A program made the translations under genes and the position numbers. The notes under the pieces are model-generated. The model saw nothing but the letters and a program-made list of their open reading frames with translations. It made no database searches and had not been told where the DNA came from. DNA of 64,000 nucleotides from Parasphingorhabdus sp. (lineage in GTDB: Bacteria; Pseudomonadota; Gammaproteobacteria; Arenicellales; CAJQKF01): the NCBI GenBank assembly GCA_047615875.1, contig JBLHGU010000006.1, positions 1,771-65,770 on the forward strand, given 5' to 3'. Positions within the stretch are counted from its first letter, which is position 1, and every line of letters begins with the position of its first letter. Shown piece by piece: positions 40,271 through 49,022 of this stretch.

Positions 40271-41258
40271 TGTAAATATGACTCTTGTAGTGACGAAGAT
40301 TTTCTTTATTCAAAAACCACTCAATGGTTTCAGTAAGCCCCTTGTTCAGATCATATTGAGGTTCATAACCTGCGTACTTACGAATTAGCGTGTTATCACA
40401 ACATAGTCTGAATACTTCGGAATTCTCCGGTCTTAAACGTTCCTCGTCCTGTTCCAGCTCCAGATCGGCGTTCATTAACCTCGATATAGTTTCGACCAGA
40501 TCGCCAATAGATATTTCACTACCACTGCCGATGTTGATCGTTCGGCCAATAGTTTCTTCAGACTCAGAGATGGCAATCAAACCACGACAAGTATCCTTAA
40601 CATAATTAAAGTCTCGTGTTGGACGCATATCGCCTAATTTCATTGTTCGCGCTCCTGCAGCTATCTGAGTAATTACTGTAGGAATAACTGCGCGAGCAGA
40701 TTGTCTTGGACCATAGGTATTAAATGGTCGAGCTATAGAGACTCCAAGACCAAAAGCATGGTGAAAACTCATGGCTAGAGCATCTGCACCAATTTTGGAT
40801 GCGCTATAAGGCGACTGAGGCTGTAAAGGATGTTTCTCGTCGATGGGAACATACTGCGCGGTACCATATACTTCACTGGTAGAAGTATGCACCAATCTTT
40901 CTACACCGTTGTCACGACAGGCCTGACATAAGTTCAACGTACCTTTTATATTGGTATCAATATAACTATCCGGTGCGGTATAGGAAAAAGGTATAGCGAT
41001 TAACGCGGCCAAATGATAAACCCGATCAATATTTCGAGTTATCTCTCGGCAATAATTGGCATCTCTAACATCTCCAGTGATAACTTCAAGCTGATCGTTA
41101 GCAACAATCTGCTCCAGCCAGCCCCAGTGATTAAAAGAATTATACTGAGACAGCGCGACAACACGATGTCCCTGCTGCAATAGCATTTCGGTTAGATGGG
41201 ACCCGATAAACCCATCCGCGCCAGTTACTAAAACTCGTTTACCTGTTTCGCTACCCAT
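40263..41258 (-). CDS. legB: LegB-like NAD-dependent NDP-GlcNAc 4,6-dehydratase (extended SDR)
   Basis: 331 aa with VTGADGFIGSHL, ALSQYNSFNHWGWL, STSEVYGTAQYVPIDEKHPLQPQSPYSASK, RPFNTYGPRQSARAVIPT and NSEVFRLCCDN. This matches Cj1319/LegB as I recall it. Confidence 0.75.
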   Translation of the reverse strand: MGSETGKRVLVTGADGFIGSHLTEMLLQQGHRVVALSQYNSFNHWGWLEQIVANDQLEVITGDVRDANYCREITRNIDRVYHLAALIAIPFSYTAPDSYIDTNIKGTLNLCQACRDNGVERLVHTSTSEVYGTAQYVPIDEKHPLQPQSPYSASKIGADALAMSFHHAFGLGVSIARPFNTYGPRQSARAVIPTVITQIAAGARTMKLGDMRPTRDFNYVKDTCRGLIAISESEETIGRTINIGSGSEISIGDLVETISRLMNADLELEQDEERLRPENSEVFRLCCDNTLIRKYAGYEPQYDLNKGLTETIEWFLNKENLRHYKSHIYNV

Positions 41259-42493
41259 TAAAGATCACTACCATTCTCAATTTCTGTTTGTTCCTGTTTT
41301 AAATAGTCTGCAGCTTTAACTCCATTCGCCAGACTCTGAAGAAAACGATATTCTCTCGCAGCATTTGCCCCCATATTATGGTGAGCCGCAACATCATCCA
41401 TCGCAACTTTTCTAATCTGTTCTTTCTCTACCGAGGAAAGTTGCATGATGGTTTTGATTGCATCACGCAAATCATTAACTTCCTGCCCACAGAGAAAGCC
41501 ATTCCTCCCATGCTGAACAATCTGCCGGTGAGTTAGAATATCTGTAGTCAAGGTAAGAACCCCACAGGCCATGGCTTCCAGAGTCACTTTCGGCATGCCA
41601 CTGGCATACCACTGCGGAAGGACAAACAAATCTGCTTGAGCTAACACTTCCGGCACCTGATCATTAGGTATAAATGATTCGAATAGAACATTTACGCTAT
41701 GGCTTTTCGCCAGTTCTTCGAGTTCAGGCCTGAACTCGCCGTCACCGAGAATTTGTATAACTACCGAAGAATCGAGTTCGGCGGCAGCTCGAATAACATT
41801 CTGGAAGTTTTTCATCGGCACCAGGCGACCAATCAATACGATGCGAAACTCATCAGCCTTTTTGTTTATAGACTTCTGACGTGGGAAATACCGTGCTGTA
41901 TCAACAGAATTTTTTATCACCATTATCTTGTTTCGGTTGACATGATAATGACTCGCTACGTAATCGCGATCTACATCAGAGGCTACAATAATTGCACTGC
42001 CAAAACGAAATGCTTGCCATTCAGCCAACTTATGGACCAACAACCAGAAGCCACTTTTCTTCTCGTCTTTACGCATCATTTCCTCGGTACGCACCCATCC
42101 GCAACGCACCACCAGTTTCTTACCAGGTTGAAAAAGCCTGGCGAGAACACCCACCCATGCTCCATAAGATTGATTGGTTTTTATAATCTGAGCCTTGCGA
42201 AAATTTGCCCAATAAATAAACAAAGCAATCAGGCTATATAATATTTCGTTGTGCAGCCATTTCTTTGGTAACGCATGAAAACGGCTATCGATTTTCTTTT
42301 GCGTTCGCCCGCTACCATAGTCAAGTATATCGACATGATTTAGACCCGCGTCCAACATGAAACCGTAGTACATCAGTTCTCGATCGATCAACCCCTGCCG
42401 TTCCCAGTTCTCCAACCGGCCACCACAGGTCATCAGCAACATCATTCGATTAAGCGGTTTCAATGCGGCATGCTTATTATCTGCCTGTGACAT
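41258..42493 (-). CDS. Glycosyltransferase family 4
   Basis: C-terminal block ASGMPKVTLEAMACGVLTLTTD. The start is uncertain. The ORF-track start 42613 overlaps the upstream gene by 137 nt, so I prefer ATG 42493 (17-nt overlap) or 42445. Confidence 0.7.
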   Translation of the reverse strand: MSQADNKHAALKPLNRMMLLMTCGGRLENWERQGLIDRELMYYGFMLDAGLNHVDILDYGSGRTQKKIDSRFHALPKKWLHNEILYSLIALFIYWANFRKAQIIKTNQSYGAWVGVLARLFQPGKKLVVRCGWVRTEEMMRKDEKKSGFWLLVHKLAEWQAFRFGSAIIVASDVDRDYVASHYHVNRNKIMVIKNSVDTARYFPRQKSINKKADEFRIVLIGRLVPMKNFQNVIRAAAELDSSVVIQILGDGEFRPELEELAKSHSVNVLFESFIPNDQVPEVLAQADLFVLPQWYASGMPKVTLEAMACGVLTLTTDILTHRQIVQHGRNGFLCGQEVNDLRDAIKTIMQLSSVEKEQIRKVAMDDVAAHHNMGANAAREYRFLQSLANGVKAADYLKQEQTEIENGSDL

Positions 42494-43505
42494 TCGACAC
42501 CCATTGAGCTGCACGATGTCGTGATACCTGTAGCAACGCTGAAACATCAGTAGCACTATGGTAATTGTTAATACCATAGCGAAATAACTGCAGATGATCT
42601 TGCGAACGCTCATTTAATCCATTGATAGTCGTCATCGCACTTTTAAACTTATTGTCTTTGAGTAGTTCCAGAGTCTGATTCGTGAAGTCGGACGCACCCC
42701 CATTGGGAAAAGCAAAAGAGTCGCAAACCTGATCAAGTTCTTTTTCAATATGGTACTTCGATTGTGTTATTTCCTCACGTGCCTGATTTAGTTCGCAACG
42801 TGAGAGAATGGGATGATTCACCGTATGAGCGCCAATAGAGACCCAACCGCTCTCGGCCATCTCTCTGCACTGTTGCCAACCCAAAGGCTTAAGGAGATCC
42901 GAGTCATTCGCATCAGATAGACGAATTTTGAGCATGGATTCCAACTCATTGACACGTTGCAGGCAATATACTTCGCTCATCGACTTAAGAGATCGTTTGA
43001 TTACGGAAGTTGCTTGCAATCTTTCATTGTCATTCTCCAAGCTGAGGTCGAATGCTAGATCATCATTTTCCCAGGCAATCTTTCCAACCAGGCTATTGCA
43101 AAGTGCGTATTCGACACGATCCGGCCAAAGGGGTTGATTCGCATCGACGAAACTAGTGGTTATATAAATTACTGCCGGCACACCCAGTTCCTTTAGGACA
43201 GGAAAGGCGACCTCATAATTCGATGCAAAACCATCGTCAAAGGTAACTAAAAACGAAAATTCCGGCACTGGATGATCGTATTGCAAATAGCCATGCAGTT
43301 GTTCTAACGACAGCGCTTTCCAACCTTTCTTAAGCAATCCATTGAGTTGTGCATAAAGACGTTTCTTCTCAACATGTTTTCCGTTTCGATTGATCAGTCC
43401 AGGGTCTCCGATACAACAACCATGGTACATCAAGATACGAACACCACCTGACCACAGCAGTTTATCTGCTGTAGAGAAAATCAGATCTTTTACCTGCTTT
43501 AACAA
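42477..43505 (-). CDS. Polysaccharide deacetylase (NodB homology / CE4)
   Basis: 342 aa with the FDDGFASNY motif (TFDDG), HTVNHP and a further His-containing block. Confidence 0.8.
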   Translation of the reverse strand: MLKQVKDLIFSTADKLLWSGGVRILMYHGCCIGDPGLINRNGKHVEKKRLYAQLNGLLKKGWKALSLEQLHGYLQYDHPVPEFSFLVTFDDGFASNYEVAFPVLKELGVPAVIYITTSFVDANQPLWPDRVEYALCNSLVGKIAWENDDLAFDLSLENDNERLQATSVIKRSLKSMSEVYCLQRVNELESMLKIRLSDANDSDLLKPLGWQQCREMAESGWVSIGAHTVNHPILSRCELNQAREEITQSKYHIEKELDQVCDSFAFPNGGASDFTNQTLELLKDNKFKSAMTTINGLNERSQDHLQLFRYGINNYHSATDVSALLQVSRHRAAQWVSNVTGR

Positions 43506-43514
43506 ATAGAAAGT

Positions 43515-44525
43515 TTATCCAACCTGATAATAATTTCTATACCAGTCAACAAAGTTACGTACACCAGTATCAACCGTTGTAGCAGGTTTATAGCCAAGAT
43601 CATCTGACAGTGCCTGTACATCGGCCGTAGTGGCAGGAACATCACCATCCTGCATAGGCAACAGGTCAAGAATTGCCTTCTTGCCGAGACACTCTTCCAG
43701 CAGTTCAATATATCGCATCAACTTAACCGGTTGACTATTACCGATATTATAGATGCGATAAGGCGCCAGGCTGGTGGCAGGATCAGGATTATCACCACTC
43801 CATTTTGGGTTTGGAGCAGCGGGTTGATCGATAACACGCAACACGCCTTCGACGATATCATCGACATAGGTAAAATCACGAATCATCTTACCCTTATTAA
43901 AAACCGGAATCGCCTCTTCAGCCAGAATACCCTTGGTAAATTTAAACAAGGCCATGTCCGGGCGTCCCCATGGTCCGTAAACCGTGAAAAACCTTAAGCC
44001 TGTGGTTGGCAAATTATATAAATGCGAATAGGAATGAGCCATCAGCTCGTTAGCTTTTTTCGACGCAGCATATAATGAAATTGGATGATCGACATTATCT
44101 TTCTCAGAGAACGGCAATTTCGAATTAGCACCATAAACCGAGCTTGACGACGCATAAACCAGATGCCCGACTTTTTGATGTCGGCATCCTTCAAGAATAT
44201 TTCCGAAACCTACCAGATTAGACTGAATATAGGCCATCGGATTATCAATGGAGTAACGTACACCTGCCTGTGCGGCCAGATTCATCACTGCATCAAACTG
44301 ATGCTCACCAAACAAAGTTTGCATATCAGTAGGAGACTCAATATCCAGCTTATGAAAGTGAAAGTTCTCATAAACCGATAATCTGTCAAGACGAGCCTGT
44401 TTAAGTGTCACATCGTAATAATCATTAAGATTATCTACACCGTGAACAGTATCACCTCTATCAAGCAGCCTAAGCGACAGAGTAGAGCCGATAAAGCCCG
44501 CTGCGCCTGTAATCATCACTTTCAT
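43515..44525 (-). CDS. NAD-dependent UDP-uronate 4-epimerase (Cap1J/WbnF/Gla-type)
   Basis: 336 aa with [14 protein letters not shown]..., [18 protein letters not shown], the YAASK catalytic motif and [13 protein letters not shown]. Confidence 0.8.
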   Translation of the reverse strand: MKVMITGAAGFIGSTLSLRLLDRGDTVHGVDNLNDYYDVTLKQARLDRLSVYENFHFHKLDIESPTDMQTLFGEHQFDAVMNLAAQAGVRYSIDNPMAYIQSNLVGFGNILEGCRHQKVGHLVYASSSSVYGANSKLPFSEKDNVDHPISLYAASKKANELMAHSYSHLYNLPTTGLRFFTVYGPWGRPDMALFKFTKGILAEEAIPVFNKGKMIRDFTYVDDIVEGVLRVIDQPAAPNPKWSGDNPDPATSLAPYRIYNIGNSQPVKLMRYIELLEECLGKKAILDLLPMQDGDVPATTADVQALSDDLGYKPATTVDTGVRNFVDWYRNYYQVG

Positions 44526-44612
44526 CTATTCGATAACCTCAATTTTACAATTCTATCTTTGCATGCACTGCTTAAGATCAACTGATCTTAAGCAGACATT
44601 CCGAAATATTTT

Positions 44613-45890
44613 CTATAGCGCCCAATAGCCAAAACCAAGTTCAGTCAATTGGTCGGACTGAAACACCGATTTAATGTCTATAAAGATACCGGGCTTTCTC
44701 AATTTTTCCACTAATGGTTCAAGACCCGCCGCCAGATACTGATCATGACTCACGGCCAAAATTACAGCATCTGCATCAGGCATATCATTATGATCAACCA
44801 GTTCTTCGTCGTACTCATGCCTGGCTTCGTCAGCATTAGCTAAGGCATCTGTGATAGATACATTCACACCGTAACTTCGCAATTCGCGAACAATTTCTAT
44901 CACCTGAGTATTGCGTAAATCAGGGCAATTCTCTTTGAAAGTTAAGCCATAGATATTGACCTGAGCCTGTCGAATCTCACAACCATTTTGCGCCATCGTT
45001 TTGATGGTCTTCTCGGCAACAAACTTGCCCATGCCGTCATTAATACGTCGGCCAGCGAGAATGACTTCTGGCTGATAACCCAGTTCCTGAGCCTTATGGG
45101 TAAGATAGTAAGGGTCAACTCCAATACAGTGCCCTCCAACCAGACCTGGTTGAAATGGCAGAAAATTCCATTTGGTACCAGCCGCGCTTAAGACTTCGCG
45201 GGTATTAATCTGCATACGATCAAATATCACTGCCAGTTCATTGACCAGCGCAATATTCAAATCTCTTTGTGTATTTTCGATCACTTTGGCAGCTTCCGCG
45301 ACCTTAATCGAGGAAGCCCTGTGTATGCCAGCATCTATAATTGACTCATAGACCGAAGCCACTCGTTCAAGAGTTTCCTCGTCATCTCCTGCCACCACCT
45401 TGACGATTTTTCTCAGGGTGTGATTGGTATCGCCAGGATTAATTCTTTCCGGCGAATAACCAATATGGAAATCCTCACGCCATTGTAATCCAGATGCCTC
45501 CTCCAGCACCGGTACGCACACCTCTTCTGTAGCGCCAGGATAGACAGTAGATTCATAAACAACCGTGCTACCTGGTTGCATCACAGAACCAATGGTTTTA
45601 CTTGCGGCAATAAGGGGTGAAAAATCCGGTCGATTTGCCTGATCTGTTGGGGTCGGCACAGCGACAATAAAAATATCACATTGCGCCATATCTTCAACAG
45701 TGTTGGTATAAACCAGTCGTTTTGCTGCGGCCAGTTGCTCCGCAGAAACTTCACCGGTGGGATCATAGCCCGCACGATAGGCATTGAGTTTCTCAACATT
45801 TAAGTCCAAACCCACGGTATCGAAATTCTCCCCTAACGCCACTGCCAGTTGAGCGCCCACATAACCTAATCCTACTACTGCAATCTTCAT
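44613..45890 (-). CDS. UDP-N-acetylhexosamine 6-dehydrogenase (TviB/WbpO/VipA family)
   Basis: 425 aa with GLGYVG, ESTVYPGATEE, KVAEAAKVIENTQRDLNIALVNELA and GGHCIGVDPYYL. It closely resembles TviB as I recall it. Confidence 0.85.
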   Translation of the reverse strand: MKIAVVGLGYVGAQLAVALGENFDTVGLDLNVEKLNAYRAGYDPTGEVSAEQLAAAKRLVYTNTVEDMAQCDIFIVAVPTPTDQANRPDFSPLIAASKTIGSVMQPGSTVVYESTVYPGATEEVCVPVLEEASGLQWREDFHIGYSPERINPGDTNHTLRKIVKVVAGDDEETLERVASVYESIIDAGIHRASSIKVAEAAKVIENTQRDLNIALVNELAVIFDRMQINTREVLSAAGTKWNFLPFQPGLVGGHCIGVDPYYLTHKAQELGYQPEVILAGRRINDGMGKFVAEKTIKTMAQNGCEIRQAQVNIYGLTFKENCPDLRNTQVIEIVRELRSYGVNVSITDALANADEARHEYDEELVDHNDMPDADAVILAVSHDQYLAAGLEPLVEKLRKPGIFIDIKSVFQSDQLTELGFGYWAL

Positions 45891-45942
45891 CTGCTTTGCT
45901 TAATCAAGTTGGCAGGAAAATCCTGCGCTGGTTACAAAAAAA

Positions 45943-45954
45943 CACGCTACCGCC
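45943..45954 (-). promoter_or_regulatory. ops (operon polarity suppressor) element, the RfaH recruitment site
   Basis: The minus-strand sequence is GGCGGTAGCGTG, a 12/12 match to the canonical E. coli ops. It lies 53-64 nt upstream of the first operon gene's ATG (45890). Confidence 0.8.
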
Positions 45955-46017
45955 CTGCAGCAAACTCGCAGGGCCGCATCACTTTATCAAAAACCCTGAC
46001 AAAATCAGGATACCCAG

Positions 46018-46626
46018 TTACAAATCCGTATGTAGACCTAACACATCCGGCGTTAACACGGCGATATCGGGCTTTGCCACTCTTATTGAACGATACATTG
46101 CCAACGGATCACCAAGGTCTGTCAAAACTCGACTAGTATCGGGTAGCGCCATTAAATCTGACCAAACCGGTCGCGAAAAAAACTCCTTTTTCGAGCCCCT
46201 TGGATCATATAGACCTATTACCTGAATATCAGCATCCATAGCTTGCAACAAAGCAATCTCTGCCAGTTCTGAATAGCCACACAGCAACACAGTGTCGATA
46301 CCCTGATTCTGACAATGTCGATAAATAGAGCCACAGGACGAAGCCGCCTGACGGTAAAAATCAAATGACGAGGACAAAAACTGTGCAGTCAAACGAGATT
46401 TCTCACTAAACCCCTGGGGCGTGAGATAGTAAATATAGCGATTTGCAGGCGCTTCACTTATTTTGATATAGCCTTTCCTGACACAACGCTTCATATAGGA
46501 ATTGGCCAGGCCAAGTGCGACACCCATCTGATTTGCCAAGCTTCGCTGACTTAATTTACTACCTCGATCCACAGCAGAAAGCACTTCAAGAGTTAGTCGT
46601 TCTTCTTTCAGATCAGAGGCGTTCAT
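46018..46626 (-). CDS. Winged-helix (MarR-like, EPS-associated type) regulator with a C-terminal Rossmann-like domain
   Basis: wHTH block LSQRSLANQMGVALGLANSYMKRCVRKGYI...YYLTPQG, followed by a ~110-aa alpha/beta-looking domain without a GxGxxG motif. I use ATG 46626; the ORF-track start 46668 is TTG. Confidence 0.55.
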   Translation of the reverse strand: MNASDLKEERLTLEVLSAVDRGSKLSQRSLANQMGVALGLANSYMKRCVRKGYIKISEAPANRYIYYLTPQGFSEKSRLTAQFLSSSFDFYRQAASSCGSIYRHCQNQGIDTVLLCGYSELAEIALLQAMDADIQVIGLYDPRGSKKEFFSRPVWSDLMALPDTSRVLTDLGDPLAMYRSIRVAKPDIAVLTPDVLGLHTDL

Positions 46627-46703
46627 AAGTTGAACACTATACCTTAACCGGTCATCCCAAACAATCAATTCGATCTGATTGCAGGTTCTATTTCGAAGAC
46701 ATT

Positions 46704-48182
46704 CTAGCTTGGTGAAATTATGGATGAAAGCACAGAATCTACAACTAGGGATTGCTCGTCCTCATTCATATAAGGATGCATTGGCAGACTAACCACACGG
46801 TTCGCAACCTCTTCAGAAATAGGTACGCGACAGTCGGGATCCTGCATGGCGGGCTGATGATTTAGTGGCACTGGGTAATGCACCGCAGTCGGAATACCCA
46901 GTTCGCTCATGGCCGCCTGAAACTGATCTCTATTCTGCACCAGAATAGAATACTGGGCGTAAACTGAGGTATTGTAATCTGCGATATGTGGACATACCAA
47001 AGCTTCACCATCGACATTTGCTTCATTCAATAACCGGGTATACCGTTCTGCAACCTGCTGACGTAGTTGAACCTCATCTGGGAATATGCTGAGTTTAGCT
47101 AACAATACCGAGGCCTGAAATGAAGACATCCTGCCATTAATTCCAATACGGGTATGCTGATAACGACCACTTTGACCATGATCTCGAATCTGAAAAATTG
47201 CCTCTGCCAGAGAATCACTGTTGGTAAAACAAGCACCACTATCGCCATAACCACCCAGCGGTTTGGATGGAAAAAAGCTGGTGCAACCAATATCGCTAAC
47301 AGCGCCGGAGCGTCGACCCTTATAAGTTGCGCCGAAACTCTGAGCCGCATCTTCAATTACGACTATCCCCTTCTCGCCTGCCAGTAGGTTAATCGGATCC
47401 ATATCTGCACATTGACCAAATATACCAACTGGAATGATCGCTTTGGTTTTATCAGTAATTGCAGCTTCGATTAGATCAGGCTGCAAATTATAAGTCTGGG
47501 GATCAATATCAACATATACCGGCTTTGCTCCTAGTAGATGAATCATCTCGCCTGTGGCCGCAAACGTAAACGGTGAAGTTATCACTTCGTCGCCAGGCTT
47601 CACATCGGCTGCAAGTAGAGCTACTAATAATGCATCAGTACCATTCGACACGGCGAAAGCGTGGCGAACTCCAACATAACTGGCCATTTCTTGCTCCAGC
47701 TCGGTAATTTCTGGACCACCAATATAACGACCATGGCTTAGAACTCCGTGCAAGCCACTTTCAATTTCCGATCTTACCCGACGCTGTTGAAAAGCCAGAT
47801 CAATGAATGGAATACTACCTTGCCCCCGCTCTGCCACATAAGATTGTGCATCGCGGAGAACTTCGGCATTAGGCGTTAATCTAGCTAACAACTGGCCGCT
47901 CTCTGCATCAAATCCGTCTAGAGCAACTAACAACTCCAGATCCTGGGCCAATACTGATAACCAGTTCACTCGCTGATCCAATATCTGAATTTGCTTACGT
48001 GCGGCTTGCAGATCTCCCAACCTATCCGCGACTGAATTCAAGATTTCTGGAATTGACCCCATATATATCCATACACCATCTCTGCGCACTGAAGCCGTGT
48101 GAAATATTGGATGTGTTTCGATGGCACGGGTGTCACAGCAGATTTCCGTTACCAGATCAGGATGAAGCAAATAATCGGTCAT
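46704..48182 (-). CDS. DegT/WbpE-type PLP sugar aminotransferase with a ~120-aa N-terminal extension
   Basis: 492 aa. From about residue 125 it shows the typical IPFIDL..., SNGTDAL, GDEVITSPFTFAAT, the FFPSKPLG lysine and GINGRM. Residues 1-120 have no family I recognise. Confidence 0.8.
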   Translation of the reverse strand: MTDYLLHPDLVTEICCDTRAIETHPIFHTASVRRDGVWIYMGSIPEILNSVADRLGDLQAARKQIQILDQRVNWLSVLAQDLELLVALDGFDAESGQLLARLTPNAEVLRDAQSYVAERGQGSIPFIDLAFQQRRVRSEIESGLHGVLSHGRYIGGPEITELEQEMASYVGVRHAFAVSNGTDALLVALLAADVKPGDEVITSPFTFAATGEMIHLLGAKPVYVDIDPQTYNLQPDLIEAAITDKTKAIIPVGIFGQCADMDPINLLAGEKGIVVIEDAAQSFGATYKGRRSGAVSDIGCTSFFPSKPLGGYGDSGACFTNSDSLAEAIFQIRDHGQSGRYQHTRIGINGRMSSFQASVLLAKLSIFPDEVQLRQQVAERYTRLLNEANVDGEALVCPHIADYNTSVYAQYSILVQNRDQFQAAMSELGIPTAVHYPVPLNHQPAMQDPDCRVPISEEVANRVVSLPMHPYMNEDEQSLVVDSVLSSIISPS

Positions 48183-48203
48183 TTTAAAAGCAAAAGTTAT
48201 AAG

Positions 48204-49007
48204 TCAATATTGAAGTGTGGCTTTGGCATCCAGCCAGCCACGCAGGCCATAGACCAGAATACCCAGGTATTCTCGCAACGCAAAAGTCGAGCCAGCCAAT
48301 GCATCTGACGAAGGCAAAATATTGAGCAGAAACGGCTGATTGTAGTTTGCGACACGAAAGTCTGTTGGAGCAGGAATTGTTGTAATTCCCACCCTGTGGA
48401 ACGTAGCAAAGGAGCGGGGCATATGGAATGCAGACGTGACGAGAAGTATAGTCTTATATCCTTTTTCTTCAAGTAATTTTTTAGTTTTAAGAGCGTTCTG
48501 CCGAGTGTTTTTACTGGCTCCTTCAATAATAATTGCCTCTTCTGGCACGCCCCATTCCACAAGCAACTTCGCTATGTAAAATGATTCGGATTGAACTGGC
48601 TCGTTTTGTCTAAAAACATTGCCACCGGTAATAATTATTACTGGTGCACGGCCACTATGGTACAATCTGGAGCCATATAAAACTCGATCCGAAGCACCAT
48701 GCAACTCCTCAGTGGGGCGTGGTGATAGTGGCAAACTCACCGCACCACCCAGAATTACAATGGCATCAACCACCGGCATTTCTTCAGCTTTAACTCCGGT
48801 GTAATGACTTTCCAAAGATTGCACAAGACGAGTTGAAACCAGCGGACTCGAAAAAATAAACAGCACAACAAGTCCAAGCAACATCAAAATGGTACCGCTT
48901 CGCTTGCCACCAAAATATCGAACGACCAAGCCAAGTAATAGCAGTTCTAAAGTTAAACTCAGTGGAAATAACAGATAGGGTAGTGTTTTGGAAAGGGAAA
49001 TCCACAT
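48204..49007 (-). CDS. DUF218 (YdcF/ElyC/SanA family) membrane-anchored protein
   Basis: 267 aa with two N-terminal TM helices, then DAIVILGG...IIITGG...TSAFHMPRS, typical of DUF218. Confidence 0.75.
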   Translation of the reverse strand: MWISLSKTLPYLLFPLSLTLELLLLGLVVRYFGGKRSGTILMLLGLVVLFIFSSPLVSTRLVQSLESHYTGVKAEEMPVVDAIVILGGAVSLPLSPRPTEELHGASDRVLYGSRLYHSGRAPVIIITGGNVFRQNEPVQSESFYIAKLLVEWGVPEEAIIIEGASKNTRQNALKTKKLLEEKGYKTILLVTSAFHMPRSFATFHRVGITTIPAPTDFRVANYNQPFLLNILPSSDALAGSTFALREYLGILVYGLRGWLDAKATLQY

Positions 49008-49022
49008 ATTTCTTACTCGCCA

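Noticed and set aside
39585-42241. Long antisense ORFs inside legC-like and GT4 genes (39585-40094, 169 aa; 41699-42241, 180 aa). Similar cases occur at 21921-22379 and 20479-20883.
   Set aside because: Each lies opposite a gene with strong family motifs. The products are Ser/Pro/Ala-rich or hydrophobic noise with no RBS. I treat them as shadow ORFs.
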